Shown here: positions 49,046-58,336 of the stretch, piece after piece
Layout of the letters: each line of letters starts with the position of its first letter
Numbering within the stretch: position 1 is the first letter of the stretch
DNA from: Myxococcota bacterium
Lineage (GTDB): Bacteria; Myxococcota_A; SURF-8
Length of the DNA stretch: 64,000 nucleotides
NCBI GenBank assembly: GCA_963674735.2
Contig: CAXXQS010000002.1
Location: 416,001 to 480,000 of the forward strand
Direction: 5' to 3'
The notes under the pieces: generated by a model
What the model was told of the DNA's origin: nothing
The model's input: only the letters and a program-made list of their open reading frames with translations
Databases searched by the model: none
Position numbers and translations under genes: made by a program

Positions 49046-50071
49046 TTACCCCAATCTCGCGGTCAAGCTGTCACTGAACAAAGACTCCCAGCGTTTGTCG
49101 ATGCGGCCGTTAAGCGGACGCAGTTCGCGAATGACGGCCCGATGCTCCACCAACTGATGCAGCACATCTTCCGTTTCGCGGGCAATCAGCGTACGATCGC
49201 GCTCGCCCTCATACGAAAGCAGGCGCAACGACAACAAGGCCGATTCATGCATCAGACCGGTGAGGGTCGTTTGCAGGGTGTAAATGCCGCCGCTGCGGCG
49301 TTCGAGGCTTTCGAACAGCGGCATGAGTTTCGACCAGGTCGTGGCGGCGTGAAGGATGACTTCGGATGATTCGTTTTCTTTGAGATCCACCCATAACGGC
49401 GGAAATTGCTCGGCATTGAAGTAGTGAGGCGGCAGATCGGCCATCAGCCGCGTCCCGCGCAGGGCGTCCAGTTTGGTGACCATGCGCCCGAAACGGAACT
49501 CGACCTCTTCCTCGCCGCCTTCGTAACCGACAACCAGCAGGCTGCGGCGTTCGCGTTCGCCGAAAAGCGCACGCACCGACTCGGGACCGAACAGGCGAAC
49601 CAGTTGCGGCCGGTTGCGTGCGTGGGTTTCGTCGCGCAGCAGATCGACCGCTTCATCCAGAAAGTCGAGCAGGTAAACGGCCCGGCGTCCGGCTTCGGGC
49701 TGATCGTGCACCCGCAACGTCGCGCCGACGATCCGGGCGTGGCGGTCGTGGTCGCCGCACAACAGGTAACGCAAATCGGGGCCGGCCGCAGAGCGGGGAG
49801 ATAAGAAAGTCTCGGCTTTCTGCCCGTCCGGCAGCTCCACTTGGACTGCCGCCACCAGGTCGTGCACCCCGCCGTATTTCAAGTAGGGGCCCAAGGCGCA
49901 CTCCCCTTTCAGATAATCGGAGAGGGGAGCGGGATCGCCGTCCAAGCCGTCCAGACCCAGAGTCAGCCGATGCGCGGCCAGAGCGGCTTCAATGGCGGCA
50001 GGGGTGTCGGCCGCGTTGACCGTGGCCAGTTTGGAAAAAGCGTCCAACTGCAGGAAGGAGGCATTTTTCAT
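49046..50071 (-). CDS. Divergent FAD-linked oxidase family subunit (GlcE-like)
   Basis: KYG-x3-DLV-x2-V-x-V-x-LPDG and PRSAAGPDL motifs; lacks the N-terminal P-x-GGG FAD loop and the C-terminal HHG motif. Confidence 0.65.
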   Translation of the reverse strand: MKNASFLQLDAFSKLATVNAADTPAAIEAALAAHRLTLGLDGLDGDPAPLSDYLKGECALGPYLKYGGVHDLVAAVQVELPDGQKAETFLSPRSAAGPDLRYLLCGDHDRHARIVGATLRVHDQPEAGRRAVYLLDFLDEAVDLLRDETHARNRPQLVRLFGPESVRALFGERERRSLLVVGYEGGEEEVEFRFGRMVTKLDALRGTRLMADLPPHYFNAEQFPPLWVDLKENESSEVILHAATTWSKLMPLFESLERRSGGIYTLQTTLTGLMHESALLSLRLLSYEGERDRTLIARETEDVLHQLVEHRAVIRELRPLNGRIDKRWESLFSDSLTARLG

Positions 50072-51630
50072 GGTTTCATCCCCAGGTTTCCGGGATTCAT
50101 GATGCCGTTGGGATCGAGCGCCCCTTTGATTTGCCGACACAGCGGCCAAAGCGCCCCGAACTCGCGCGGTAGCATGAATCCCTTGCTGCGACCCACCCCA
50201 TGGTGATGGGTGAGGGTGCCGCGGTTGCGGTGAACGGCTTCGAGCGCCGTCTGCCAGACTTTCAGGTGATTGGCTTCCATGGCCGACGGATTATCGGCCG
50301 AGGCGGTCATACTGAAATAGATGCAACAGCCGTCGGGATAAGCGTGAGAGAAATGCGCCATGATGAAACACTGGTCGGCGACCGCCGCGCGCACGGCGTT
50401 GTATAGCGGGGTGACATCACGCCAGGTGGTGGCCACTTCCATGGTATCCACCCAGGCCCCCGCATCGAAGATTTTCGATTGCTTATAGCTGATGGCGTAG
50501 CGGTGCTCCATCCAGTAACGCGCCGGACCTTCCCCGGCGGATTGGCCGCGTGCGTCGCGGCAGATATCGCGCACCCGTTTGGCCTCGAAGGCGGCCAGGT
50601 CGGGTTCACCTTCGGTTATCACCACCAACAGACATTTGGGCGGCAAAAGACCAGTGGCTTTATTGAGCCAGCCGGGACGTTTGAGCGCCCGGTTGAGCGA
50701 GCTTTTTTTCAACATCTCGGCCAGATCGCCCAGACGCTGGGTCCACAGGCTGGGACGCGCGTCGGCGGCGTCCGGGTTGGAGCCGGGACCGTGGGTGGCG
50801 GCCACCACCGTATCGAACTCGTCGTACAGGCGCAGCACCGAAGGCTCCAGTCCGGCCTGCATGACGCGCCGCATGGCGTTCAGGCCTTCATCCACCCCGC
50901 GAAAATGAAAAGACAGATACTCGCGGTGCGCCGGGACCGGACTGATTTTCATCCAGGCGCGTGTGATAACTCCCAGGGTGCCCTCCGACCCGATGACGAT
51001 CTGGTTCCAGTCGATGCGCGAGGTGCCGATCTGGGCCATCGGCGTCCGATGGATGCTTCCGTCTGGCAACACCACCTCCAGACCGATCACCATATCTTCG
51101 ATCTTGCCGTAACGACTCGACATCTGTCCGGCCGAGCGGGCCGCGAGGTAGCCGCCCAAAGTGGAACAGTAGATGGATGAGGGAAAATGCCCCATGGTGA
51201 AGCCGCGCGGGTTGAGCTGGCGTTCGAGAATTTCGCCGTAGATGCCGGTTTCGATCTCGGCGATCATGGCGTCGCTATCGATGGACACGATGCGGTCCAT
51301 GCGGCGCATGTTGAGGATAACACCGCCCTGTTCGGGCAGGATACCCGCGCAGACGCCGGATCCGCCGCCGTAAGGAATCACCGGAATGCCTTCGCCGTTG
51401 CAATAGGCCAGAAGGCGTGAGACCTCTTCGGTGCAACCGGGACTCACCACCGCATCGGGCGGATGGGGAAAGTGGCCGCGTTTGGTCCACAGGACGGTTT
51501 GCGGCCACATATCGCGCGAGTAAAGCAGGCGGTCGTGAGTGGCGGTCGAGACGTGTTCGTGTCCGACAATGGCCGCCAGGGCGTCGACCCGCTGGTCGGA
51601 CAGTGCGGAGAGCTTGAGCGGTACAGCCAT
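50068..51630 (-). CDS. Alkyl-dihydroxyacetonephosphate synthase (AGPS)-like FAD-linked enzyme
   Basis: IPYGGGSGV, GHFPSSIYCSTLGGYLAARSAGQ-x-S-x2-YGKIED, GSEGTLG, RLYDE, HFSHAY and HHHGVG motifs. Confidence 0.85.
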   Translation of the reverse strand: MAVPLKLSALSDQRVDALAAIVGHEHVSTATHDRLLYSRDMWPQTVLWTKRGHFPHPPDAVVSPGCTEEVSRLLAYCNGEGIPVIPYGGGSGVCAGILPEQGGVILNMRRMDRIVSIDSDAMIAEIETGIYGEILERQLNPRGFTMGHFPSSIYCSTLGGYLAARSAGQMSSRYGKIEDMVIGLEVVLPDGSIHRTPMAQIGTSRIDWNQIVIGSEGTLGVITRAWMKISPVPAHREYLSFHFRGVDEGLNAMRRVMQAGLEPSVLRLYDEFDTVVAATHGPGSNPDAADARPSLWTQRLGDLAEMLKKSSLNRALKRPGWLNKATGLLPPKCLLVVITEGEPDLAAFEAKRVRDICRDARGQSAGEGPARYWMEHRYAISYKQSKIFDAGAWVDTMEVATTWRDVTPLYNAVRAAVADQCFIMAHFSHAYPDGCCIYFSMTASADNPSAMEANHLKVWQTALEAVHRNRGTLTHHHGVGRSKGFMLPREFGALWPLCRQIKGALDPNGIMNPGNLGMKP

Positions 51631-52190
51631 CAGAGGGTATCCTTTTTCTGGGGGAGTTCGGCCAGGAGTTTTTTAACGGCCACCTCGATACCGGGAATCA
51701 GGTTGTCTTTGTCATCCTTCACGGTGTGGTTGATCCGGGCCACCGCCCGCTTTTCGCCGGTGTCAATCAGGCTGAGGGTCAGCACGTAGCGATCGCCGAC
51801 ATGACCGATGAGACCGTTGAGGAGATAAGGCGATTCGAGCAGTTCGCCGAGTTTCGCGTAGCAGCTTTCGTTATCGCAGACTCCCATCAGCGCCTGTTTT
51901 TCGGTCGTTTTGACCATGGCGGCGATGTCCGAGGCGCACATGACCTCGAAGCGGTTGGCGGCGGAGAGAAAGTTGCAGGCCAGATCGGTGAGCACGGCGG
52001 CGGTATCGGCGGAGACATCCTTGGCGGTAAAGCTGCGCACGGCCAGCCGTTGAAGTTTGGCGGGTTGGGCGGCGGCGGCAGCGGGTGCTTGGGCCAGGGT
52101 GTCGGGCGCCGTTTGCGCTTGGGCGATAGGTACCGCAGGGGTGACGGCCAGCAGAACAATGACGGTCAAAAGTAGGAAAAGGCGTGTCAT
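51630..52190 (-). CDS. Small exported protein (TolB-N/CsgG-like fold suspected)
   Basis: Signal peptide; RLAV, C-x3-C-x4-G and G-x-I-x2-VG-x2-Y-x-LTL-x-LID patterns. Confidence 0.6.
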   Translation of the reverse strand: MTRLFLLLTVIVLLAVTPAVPIAQAQTAPDTLAQAPAAAAAQPAKLQRLAVRSFTAKDVSADTAAVLTDLACNFLSAANRFEVMCASDIAAMVKTTEKQALMGVCDNESCYAKLGELLESPYLLNGLIGHVGDRYVLTLSLIDTGEKRAVARINHTVKDDKDNLIPGIEVAVKKLLAELPQKKDTL

Positions 52191-52516
52191 ATCCGTTCCT
52201 TTCTAAGTAACCCGTTCACGACGTCGAACGACGCAAAGGCACTGCGAGGAGAAGACCCGTAGGCCGCTTTCCAAAACCCCTCATGACAAGTCGGCCGCCA
52301 TCGGGCTTGGTCCACCCTCGATATGGGTTTTTAATGTGACGCGGGAAGGAGTCGGCAGACGGCCCGAGGAACAATCGGCTGGCATAACGACACAACCCTA
52401 ACAGGTATGACGTGCCATTTTCTGGCAGCGCTCGGATTTTCGCCACACGCTCGCCACCCTGCGCTTTTGCCATCGCTGTTATCCCCATCTCCTCCGTTTA
52501 ACTGTATTTACCAAGA

Positions 52517-53758
52517 TTACTCTAGCGTTTCCAGGCACAGGTCGTCAAGCAGGATTTCGTGCTGCTCCTTGGTCGTCAGGTTACGGACGACCACTTGCCG
52601 CTTCGCCAGTTCGTTTTCACCCAGAATCAACGCCGTCCGCGCACGCCGGGATTCGGCCCGGGCGAAAAGATGCTTCAGGCGTCGACCCGAGAAATCCACC
52701 TCGCCGCAGGCTCCGGCGGCCCTTAACAAAGCGGCTTGTTTGACGGCTTCAGCTTGTGCGGCTTCTCCCATCGGGATGAAATAAAAATCGAGTTGCGGGG
52801 TGGCCACAACCTGGTTTTCCAGAAGTAAAACAAGACGTTCCACCCCTAATGCGAATCCGACCGCCGGGGTGGGCGGGCCGCCCAATTCCTTGATCAGACT
52901 GTCGTAGCGTCCGCCGCCGCCCACAGCGTCCTGGGCTCCCAGCGCGGAGGCTTTGATTTCGAAAGCGGTGCGGTTGTAGTAATCCAGCCCGCGCACGATA
53001 CGGCGATTGACGGTGAACGCCACCCCCAGATCCGTCAAGGTGCTGCACACATCGTCGAAATGACGGCGTGTTTCGTCCCCCAGGTGATCGAGCATCAGCG
53101 GCGCGTCCTGGGCGATGGCGCGACAGGCATCGATTTTACAATCGAGCACGCGCATGGGATTGGTATCGAGGCGGCGCAGACAATCGGCGCAAAGCGCGTC
53201 TTTGTGGACCGTCAGATAATTCACCAGTTTATCGCGGTAGCTGCGGCGTTCGTCAGGATCGCCCAGGGAGTTGAGTTCGAGGCTCAATCCTTCGACTTCC
53301 AAGGCCTCGAAAAAAGCCATGGCCATGGCGATCAACTCGGCATCCTGGCGGGCGTCGGGGACGCCGAAAACTTCCGCACCCAGTTGAAAAAACTGCCGAT
53401 TGCGGCCTTTTTGCGGCCGTTCGTAACGATACATGGGGCCGCCGTAAACCCACTTGGCAACGGGATCAACGTTGGCCACCTTGTTTTCGATGTAGGCGCG
53501 CACCATGGACGCGGTTCCCTCGGGACGCAGGCTCAAGGCGCGGCCGCGTCGATCGGGAAAGGTGTACATCTCTTTTTCGATGATGTCGGTGGCCTCCCCG
53601 ATAGAACGGGCGAACAGCTCGCTGCGTTCCACAATCGGTGTGGCGGCGGTCTCGAAGCCGTATCGTCCGGCCACATCGAAGAAAGTCGCCTCAATGCGCC
53701 GCCAGAGATGGCTTTGGGGCGGAAGAAGATCGTACATGCCCTTGATTCGCTTGATCAT
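52517..53758 (-). CDS. hisS: Histidine--tRNA ligase
   Basis: KGMYD, KEMYTF, LRPEGTA, RYERPQKGR, VRGLDYY, GGGRYD and GFALGVER motifs. Confidence 0.97.
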   Translation of the reverse strand: MIKRIKGMYDLLPPQSHLWRRIEATFFDVAGRYGFETAATPIVERSELFARSIGEATDIIEKEMYTFPDRRGRALSLRPEGTASMVRAYIENKVANVDPVAKWVYGGPMYRYERPQKGRNRQFFQLGAEVFGVPDARQDAELIAMAMAFFEALEVEGLSLELNSLGDPDERRSYRDKLVNYLTVHKDALCADCLRRLDTNPMRVLDCKIDACRAIAQDAPLMLDHLGDETRRHFDDVCSTLTDLGVAFTVNRRIVRGLDYYNRTAFEIKASALGAQDAVGGGGRYDSLIKELGGPPTPAVGFALGVERLVLLLENQVVATPQLDFYFIPMGEAAQAEAVKQAALLRAAGACGEVDFSGRRLKHLFARAESRRARTALILGENELAKRQVVVRNLTTKEQHEILLDDLCLETLE

Positions 53759-53787
53759 GCCTGAATGAACTCCTGCTGTAATCGGGG

Positions 53788-54402
53788 TCAGCGGGCCTGG
53801 ACGGCGCGCCGGATGGCCGCGTGTACCGCCTCGACACTCTGGGTGGCGTCGATCACGACCACGTTCGGCTCCCCGTTGAAGATGGTTTCGTATTGTTCGA
53901 TGACCTTTTCGAGAAAGGCCTGTTTTTCGAAAATGCTGATTTCCGCCCGGTTCTCCAAGCGCGCCAGGGCCACCTCGGCGGGCAGGCGGCAATACAGCAC
54001 GAGGTCGGGACGACGCGCCTTTTTGTTGGCTTCACCGATCCAGGCCACATCGCCGTTAACGCCTTGGTAGGCGCGTGTCGAATAATCGTAACGATCGCAC
54101 ACGACGGTTTTGCCGGCGGCCAGGGCCGGTTCGATGGTGTTGCGCAGATGGTCGAGGCGATCCGCCGAAAACAGCAAGGTCAAGGTATCGGCGTCGACCG
54201 GCTCGAAGCGGTTGTCCGCGCGCGGGGTGACCACGCGTCGGTTGAGCATCTGGCGGATCAGGCTGCCGATGGGTCCGTCGGTGGGTTCGAAGGTCTGGAT
54301 GGCGGGCTGGCCGTCGCGGCTCAGGCTTTCCACCAGCAAACGCGCCTGGGTGGTGGTCCCGGCGCCGTCGATACCCTCGATAACGATGAAACGTGCGTCC
54401 AT
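53788..54402 (-). CDS. tmk: Thymidylate kinase
   Basis: FIVIEGIDGAGTTTQ, EPT, LFSADR, VVCDRY and AYQG motifs. Confidence 0.93.
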   Translation of the reverse strand: MDARFIVIEGIDGAGTTTQARLLVESLSRDGQPAIQTFEPTDGPIGSLIRQMLNRRVVTPRADNRFEPVDADTLTLLFSADRLDHLRNTIEPALAAGKTVVCDRYDYSTRAYQGVNGDVAWIGEANKKARRPDLVLYCRLPAEVALARLENRAEISIFEKQAFLEKVIEQYETIFNGEPNVVVIDATQSVEAVHAAIRRAVQAR

Positions 54403-54591
54403 GTCGTCTCCTTGGCGGACCCGTTCCGCTTGAACGTGCTACTTTATGACCGACCGGGCGGTTTGTCAAACCCGGCGTATTGACCCGCGAAAGCGAGGCG
54501 TTTGTCTGCGTCGTCCGCTTGTGAGGCGACCGCAAATGCGCTATATACATAAAGTGAACTCAACCCCGTGCTTTTAGACGTCAGGAGCCCC

Positions 54592-56220
54592 ATGAGCGAC
54601 ATTCCCGACAAGCGGCAGCCCGATCCCGCAGGCTGGACACGGCTGGTTTGCGGTTCCTACGACCCGCAGACCGGTGTGCGCTATACGGCCCTGCAACCGC
54701 TTGTCGAACAGGGCTGCTCCCGACGCACGGCGGGACGGCTGGCCTTGGTCGGACCCGAGCTGCTCAAACACCCCAACCTACCGGAATTGATTGCATCTCT
54801 GGCAGACAAGGGTCACAAAGTTTGGATCGAAAGCACCGCCCTGGCCTTCAGCGATCCGCGTCCGGCGGCCCTGCTCAAACGCGCCGGATTGACCGGCATT
54901 CGCTGGCTTTATCTAGCCGATGACAGCCCGGCGTATCGGGAACTGGGCGTCGTTCCCAGCGATAACCAGCGAGCGCGGATACTGAAAGTCATTCGTACGC
55001 TCAAGCTGAAGCTGCTGCACGTCATCGCCTTGTCGGGCGGTGAAACGGACGCCGCCTTCGCGGAACGCCTGGCCGTCTGCCGGGCGCTGGTGGGCGATTG
55101 CGAAGAACTCGCGCTCTTGGCTCGGGGCGAAGAAGCGTGGACCGCCTGGCTGAGCGCCACACCTCCAAGCGAAGCCGAACAATCCCGCGCCGAAGATCTG
55201 ATCGCGGGTATTCAGCTTGCCCGGCGCGTGCATGACGAAGAACGTCCGGCCTATCTGCCCGGAAGCGCCGAGCTGCGCGCCAGCCTGTTGCTCGGCACCG
55301 CCTGCAACCTGCGCTGCCGTTTCTGCTATATCGACGATTATCACTACCGGCCCACGTTCGACGCGGCCTTGGCCGCCGCCGAACGTCTCATGGCGGCCGG
55401 TTGCACGCGTTTTCATCTCAGTGGCGGCGAGCCGACCCTCTGGCCCGACCTGCCCCGGCTGGTCGAACAGCTACGCCGACGCGGAGCGGAACTGGTGCTG
55501 GAATCCAACGGTCTGTTGCTGGATGACGCCGCGTTGGTCGCCACTCTTCGACGTGCCGGACTGCGGGAAGTCAAGTTGTCGCTGCACAGCTTCGAGGCGG
55601 AGGTATACGCGCGGCTCTGCGGTCGGTCCGACGCCCTGGCGCGCATTCTGGCCGCCGCTGAGCGCTGCATCGAAGCCGATTTCACCCTGCACATTCAACA
55701 TACCCTCTGCGCCGAAACCTACCGGCATTTTGCGGAATTCATCGACTTCTATGCCGCAGGTCTGCACCACGCGGGCCGTAGCTTCCTATCGGTGAGCAAC
55801 CTGTTGCTGCATGCCCCGGTGGTGGAAGCCCCCGACTTGATTCCGCGCTACCGCGATCTGCGGCCGGAGGTCGAACGCGGGCTGCTGCGGGCGGCCGAAT
55901 TAGGCATTTCGCTCGACCACCTGGGCAGTATCGACGGCTTTCCCGATTGCGTTTTCGGGCGGGGCGGCGGACGGCGCGAGCCCACCGATCAACATCGGCT
56001 GGCGGTACGTCCCGACGAAGAAGGCGGCGTAGGGCTGATTATCACCGCACCCGGCGAAGCTCTGGAACGGTTGAGCGAATTCGAGGCGCTGGACCTGAAC
56101 GCCGGGTATCTTCAGCCACCCGCTTGCGCAAGCTGCGCGCGCCGAAAACGTTGTTTGGGAGTGCAGAAAGCCTACCTGGATCTGTATGGCGACGAGGAAT
56201 TTTCACCGCTTGACGAGTGA
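54592..56220 (+). CDS. Radical SAM protein with a degenerate N-terminal second rSAM domain
   Basis: CNLRCRFC, GGEPTL and ESNG motifs; C-terminal CASC-x5-CLG...YLDLYG. Confidence 0.8.
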   Translation: MSDIPDKRQPDPAGWTRLVCGSYDPQTGVRYTALQPLVEQGCSRRTAGRLALVGPELLKHPNLPELIASLADKGHKVWIESTALAFSDPRPAALLKRAGLTGIRWLYLADDSPAYRELGVVPSDNQRARILKVIRTLKLKLLHVIALSGGETDAAFAERLAVCRALVGDCEELALLARGEEAWTAWLSATPPSEAEQSRAEDLIAGIQLARRVHDEERPAYLPGSAELRASLLLGTACNLRCRFCYIDDYHYRPTFDAALAAAERLMAAGCTRFHLSGGEPTLWPDLPRLVEQLRRRGAELVLESNGLLLDDAALVATLRRAGLREVKLSLHSFEAEVYARLCGRSDALARILAAAERCIEADFTLHIQHTLCAETYRHFAEFIDFYAAGLHHAGRSFLSVSNLLLHAPVVEAPDLIPRYRDLRPEVERGLLRAAELGISLDHLGSIDGFPDCVFGRGGGRREPTDQHRLAVRPDEEGGVGLIITAPGEALERLSEFEALDLNAGYLQPPACASCARRKRCLGVQKAYLDLYGDEEFSPLDE

Positions 56221-56243
56221 GCGGAAGCCGTGCAGACGCGCGC

Positions 56244-57446
56244 CTATGGGCGAGAAGCCGCAAAAAGGGGGGCGAGATCGTAGGTAACATACGGGCCGTA
56301 GGCGGCGGGACTGCGCCGGGCCGAAATATGTATCCGGCGTGCGATCGGCTCGATAATCACCGCTTGCAGATTCAATGGATTCCCCGCTACGCTTTTCCAT
56401 AACTCGCTCAGATCGTCCACGCTGAACGACGTCGTGTGCGCGTCGAGTCGTCGGCCCAAGGCCCGATAGCGGACATCCCCGGTGGGTTCGCGCGGTTCGG
56501 CCAGCAGGAAATGCTCGCTGGTCCATAGCAACCCCTGCTCGGACTGGCGGTGGCGAATTAAAAGCGGCGTCAATTCAGCCCCCTCCACACGCCCGGTGGC
56601 GTCGGCTAAGGTAAGGCTCCAGGCTGCCGCGATCATGTGGTCGGACAGAATCTGCCGGGCGGCATCGATATCGGTGGCCGACTCCAAGATACGCCGCGCC
56701 AGAATCGGCCCCGGCATACCACGTGGAAAGCGCCGCGCTCCCTGGGCCACGTTCAGCGCCACGGCCAATCCGGCTTCGTTGACACCGGCGATGACCCCGA
56801 TTTGTCCCGGCCAGGCGAGGGTGGCGTACGCCAGTTTGCCGTTGGGGCGCGCCACGATCAGCAGCGGGACTTGTCCGAGCAGACCGTAGCCCGGCAGATC
56901 GAGCGTCTGAGCCAGAAGCGGAGCCCCGCTACGGCTGCGTGTGCTTTCCACCGCCAGCGACAGGCCGCCTGCGCCATGAACCCCGGCGTCCATTTCGAGA
57001 ACCTGCGCCATCAGGAAGGCATCGGCGGCGGGGATATCGGCGGCAACGGCTAACGCGTTCAATTCGATAAAGGTCGTTTCAGCCAAACGACGCGACCACC
57101 CCAGGGCGCTGTCGCGTGCGGCGGACAGGGACGCGGGATCACGAAACACCTGCGGCAGGTAATGCTGTCGCAAGACGGTGAGGGGACCGCTTAGCAGCTC
57201 GCCGTGAGCCCGGCCCATCTCGGCGGGCAGGCCATCGAGGGTCAGAACGGGCAACGGTCCGTCGAGAGATAAACGTCCGTGCGCCGTTTCCCCGGAAGTA
57301 AATTCAATGGCAGGCGGAGTTCCGGCCCGGCGCAGCGCATGACCGTACACCAGTATCCCGGCCAGCAGCCCCGCCAGCAGCAGCCCCGCCAGAACGGTTC
57401 CAAGTCGCGTCGCCGCTTGGGATGGATTGGAATTCGACCACGTCAT
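56244..57446 (-). CDS. Membrane-anchored peptidase C45/Ntn-hydrolase homolog lacking the catalytic Cys
   Basis: EMGRAHG, WPG-x-IG-x3-GVNEAGL and ARRILE motifs; no cysteine anywhere in the 400 aa. Confidence 0.7.
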   Translation of the reverse strand: MTWSNSNPSQAATRLGTVLAGLLLAGLLAGILVYGHALRRAGTPPAIEFTSGETAHGRLSLDGPLPVLTLDGLPAEMGRAHGELLSGPLTVLRQHYLPQVFRDPASLSAARDSALGWSRRLAETTFIELNALAVAADIPAADAFLMAQVLEMDAGVHGAGGLSLAVESTRSRSGAPLLAQTLDLPGYGLLGQVPLLIVARPNGKLAYATLAWPGQIGVIAGVNEAGLAVALNVAQGARRFPRGMPGPILARRILESATDIDAARQILSDHMIAAAWSLTLADATGRVEGAELTPLLIRHRQSEQGLLWTSEHFLLAEPREPTGDVRYRALGRRLDAHTTSFSVDDLSELWKSVAGNPLNLQAVIIEPIARRIHISARRSPAAYGPYVTYDLAPLFAASRP

Positions 57447-57455
57447 CTTCGCCTC

Positions 57456-58298
57456 TTAGCCTAGCCGGATGTTGTCGATGAGACGCGAACGGGTGAAATG
57501 GACGGCTACCGCCAACACCGCCGGACGGTCGAGGACGGATAGCGGTTGGAGGTCGTCGGCCCCCACGACTTCGACGTAATCGATTCCCTGGTGCGAAATC
57601 GTGGCGAAACGCTCCCGCACGGCCGCAATCAAAACGGCGGACTCGCGCTCACCCGCCTCCACCAGCGCTTTGGCTTGCTGCAAAGATCGATAGATTTCCG
57701 GGGCTTGCGCGCGTTCTCCGACATCGAGGCGTGCGTTACGTGAACTCATGGCCAGCCCGTCATGCTCGCGGACGGTTGGGTAACCCATGATTTCGACAGG
57801 GAAATTCAAATCGCGGGTCATGCGCCGCACCACCGCCAGCTGCTGGAAATCCTTTTCGCCGAACACCGACAGCGTCGGTTGGACGAGGTTGAACAGCTTG
57901 GCTACCACCCGGGAGACACCATCGAAGTGGCCGGGACGCGTGGTGCCGCACAGGTGGTCGGTGAGGCGGTCTACCTCGACGCGCGTGACGTAACCGTCCG
58001 GGTAGATGTCTTCCACCGTCGGCAGAAACACCAGGTCGCAGCCCGCCTCGGCGCATTGGGCCAGGTCACCCGCTTCGTCGCGCGGGTAGCTGTCGAGATC
58101 GCTGGGGTCGTTGAATTGGGCGGGGTTGACGAAAATGCTGGCCACCAGGCGGTCCACCCGGGGACGCGCCGCACGCATGAGATCGGTATGGCCGCGATGC
58201 AAAAAACCCATGGTGGGCACGAAGCCGATACTATGGCCTTGACTGCGTTCGTTCAACGCCCAGCGCTGCATATCTTCCGCGGAATGAATCGTGATCAT
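57456..58298 (-). CDS. panC: Pantoate--beta-alanine ligase
   Basis: FVPTMGFLHRGH, SIFVNPAQF, RPGHFDGV, FGEKDFQQ, GLAMSSRN and RLIDN motifs. Confidence 0.96.
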   Translation of the reverse strand: MITIHSAEDMQRWALNERSQGHSIGFVPTMGFLHRGHTDLMRAARPRVDRLVASIFVNPAQFNDPSDLDSYPRDEAGDLAQCAEAGCDLVFLPTVEDIYPDGYVTRVEVDRLTDHLCGTTRPGHFDGVSRVVAKLFNLVQPTLSVFGEKDFQQLAVVRRMTRDLNFPVEIMGYPTVREHDGLAMSSRNARLDVGERAQAPEIYRSLQQAKALVEAGERESAVLIAAVRERFATISHQGIDYVEVVGADDLQPLSVLDRPAVLAVAVHFTRSRLIDNIRLG

Positions 58299-58336
58299 GA
58301 CGCCGCCTTGTCAGCAGGGGGTCCGGCGCGAGAGGC

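Noticed and set aside
52191-52516. Possible cobalamin riboswitch, ncRNA or 90-aa ORF (52216..52488) downstream of hisS
   Set aside because: The GGGAAG...AGAC-like words face away from any gene they could control. The ORF has no recognisable motif and its SD abuts the ATG. Unresolved without an Rfam search.
58299-58336. panB missing between the deoxynucleoside kinase and panC
   Set aside because: No remnant is visible in the 38-bp gap; relocation elsewhere in the genome would be ordinary.
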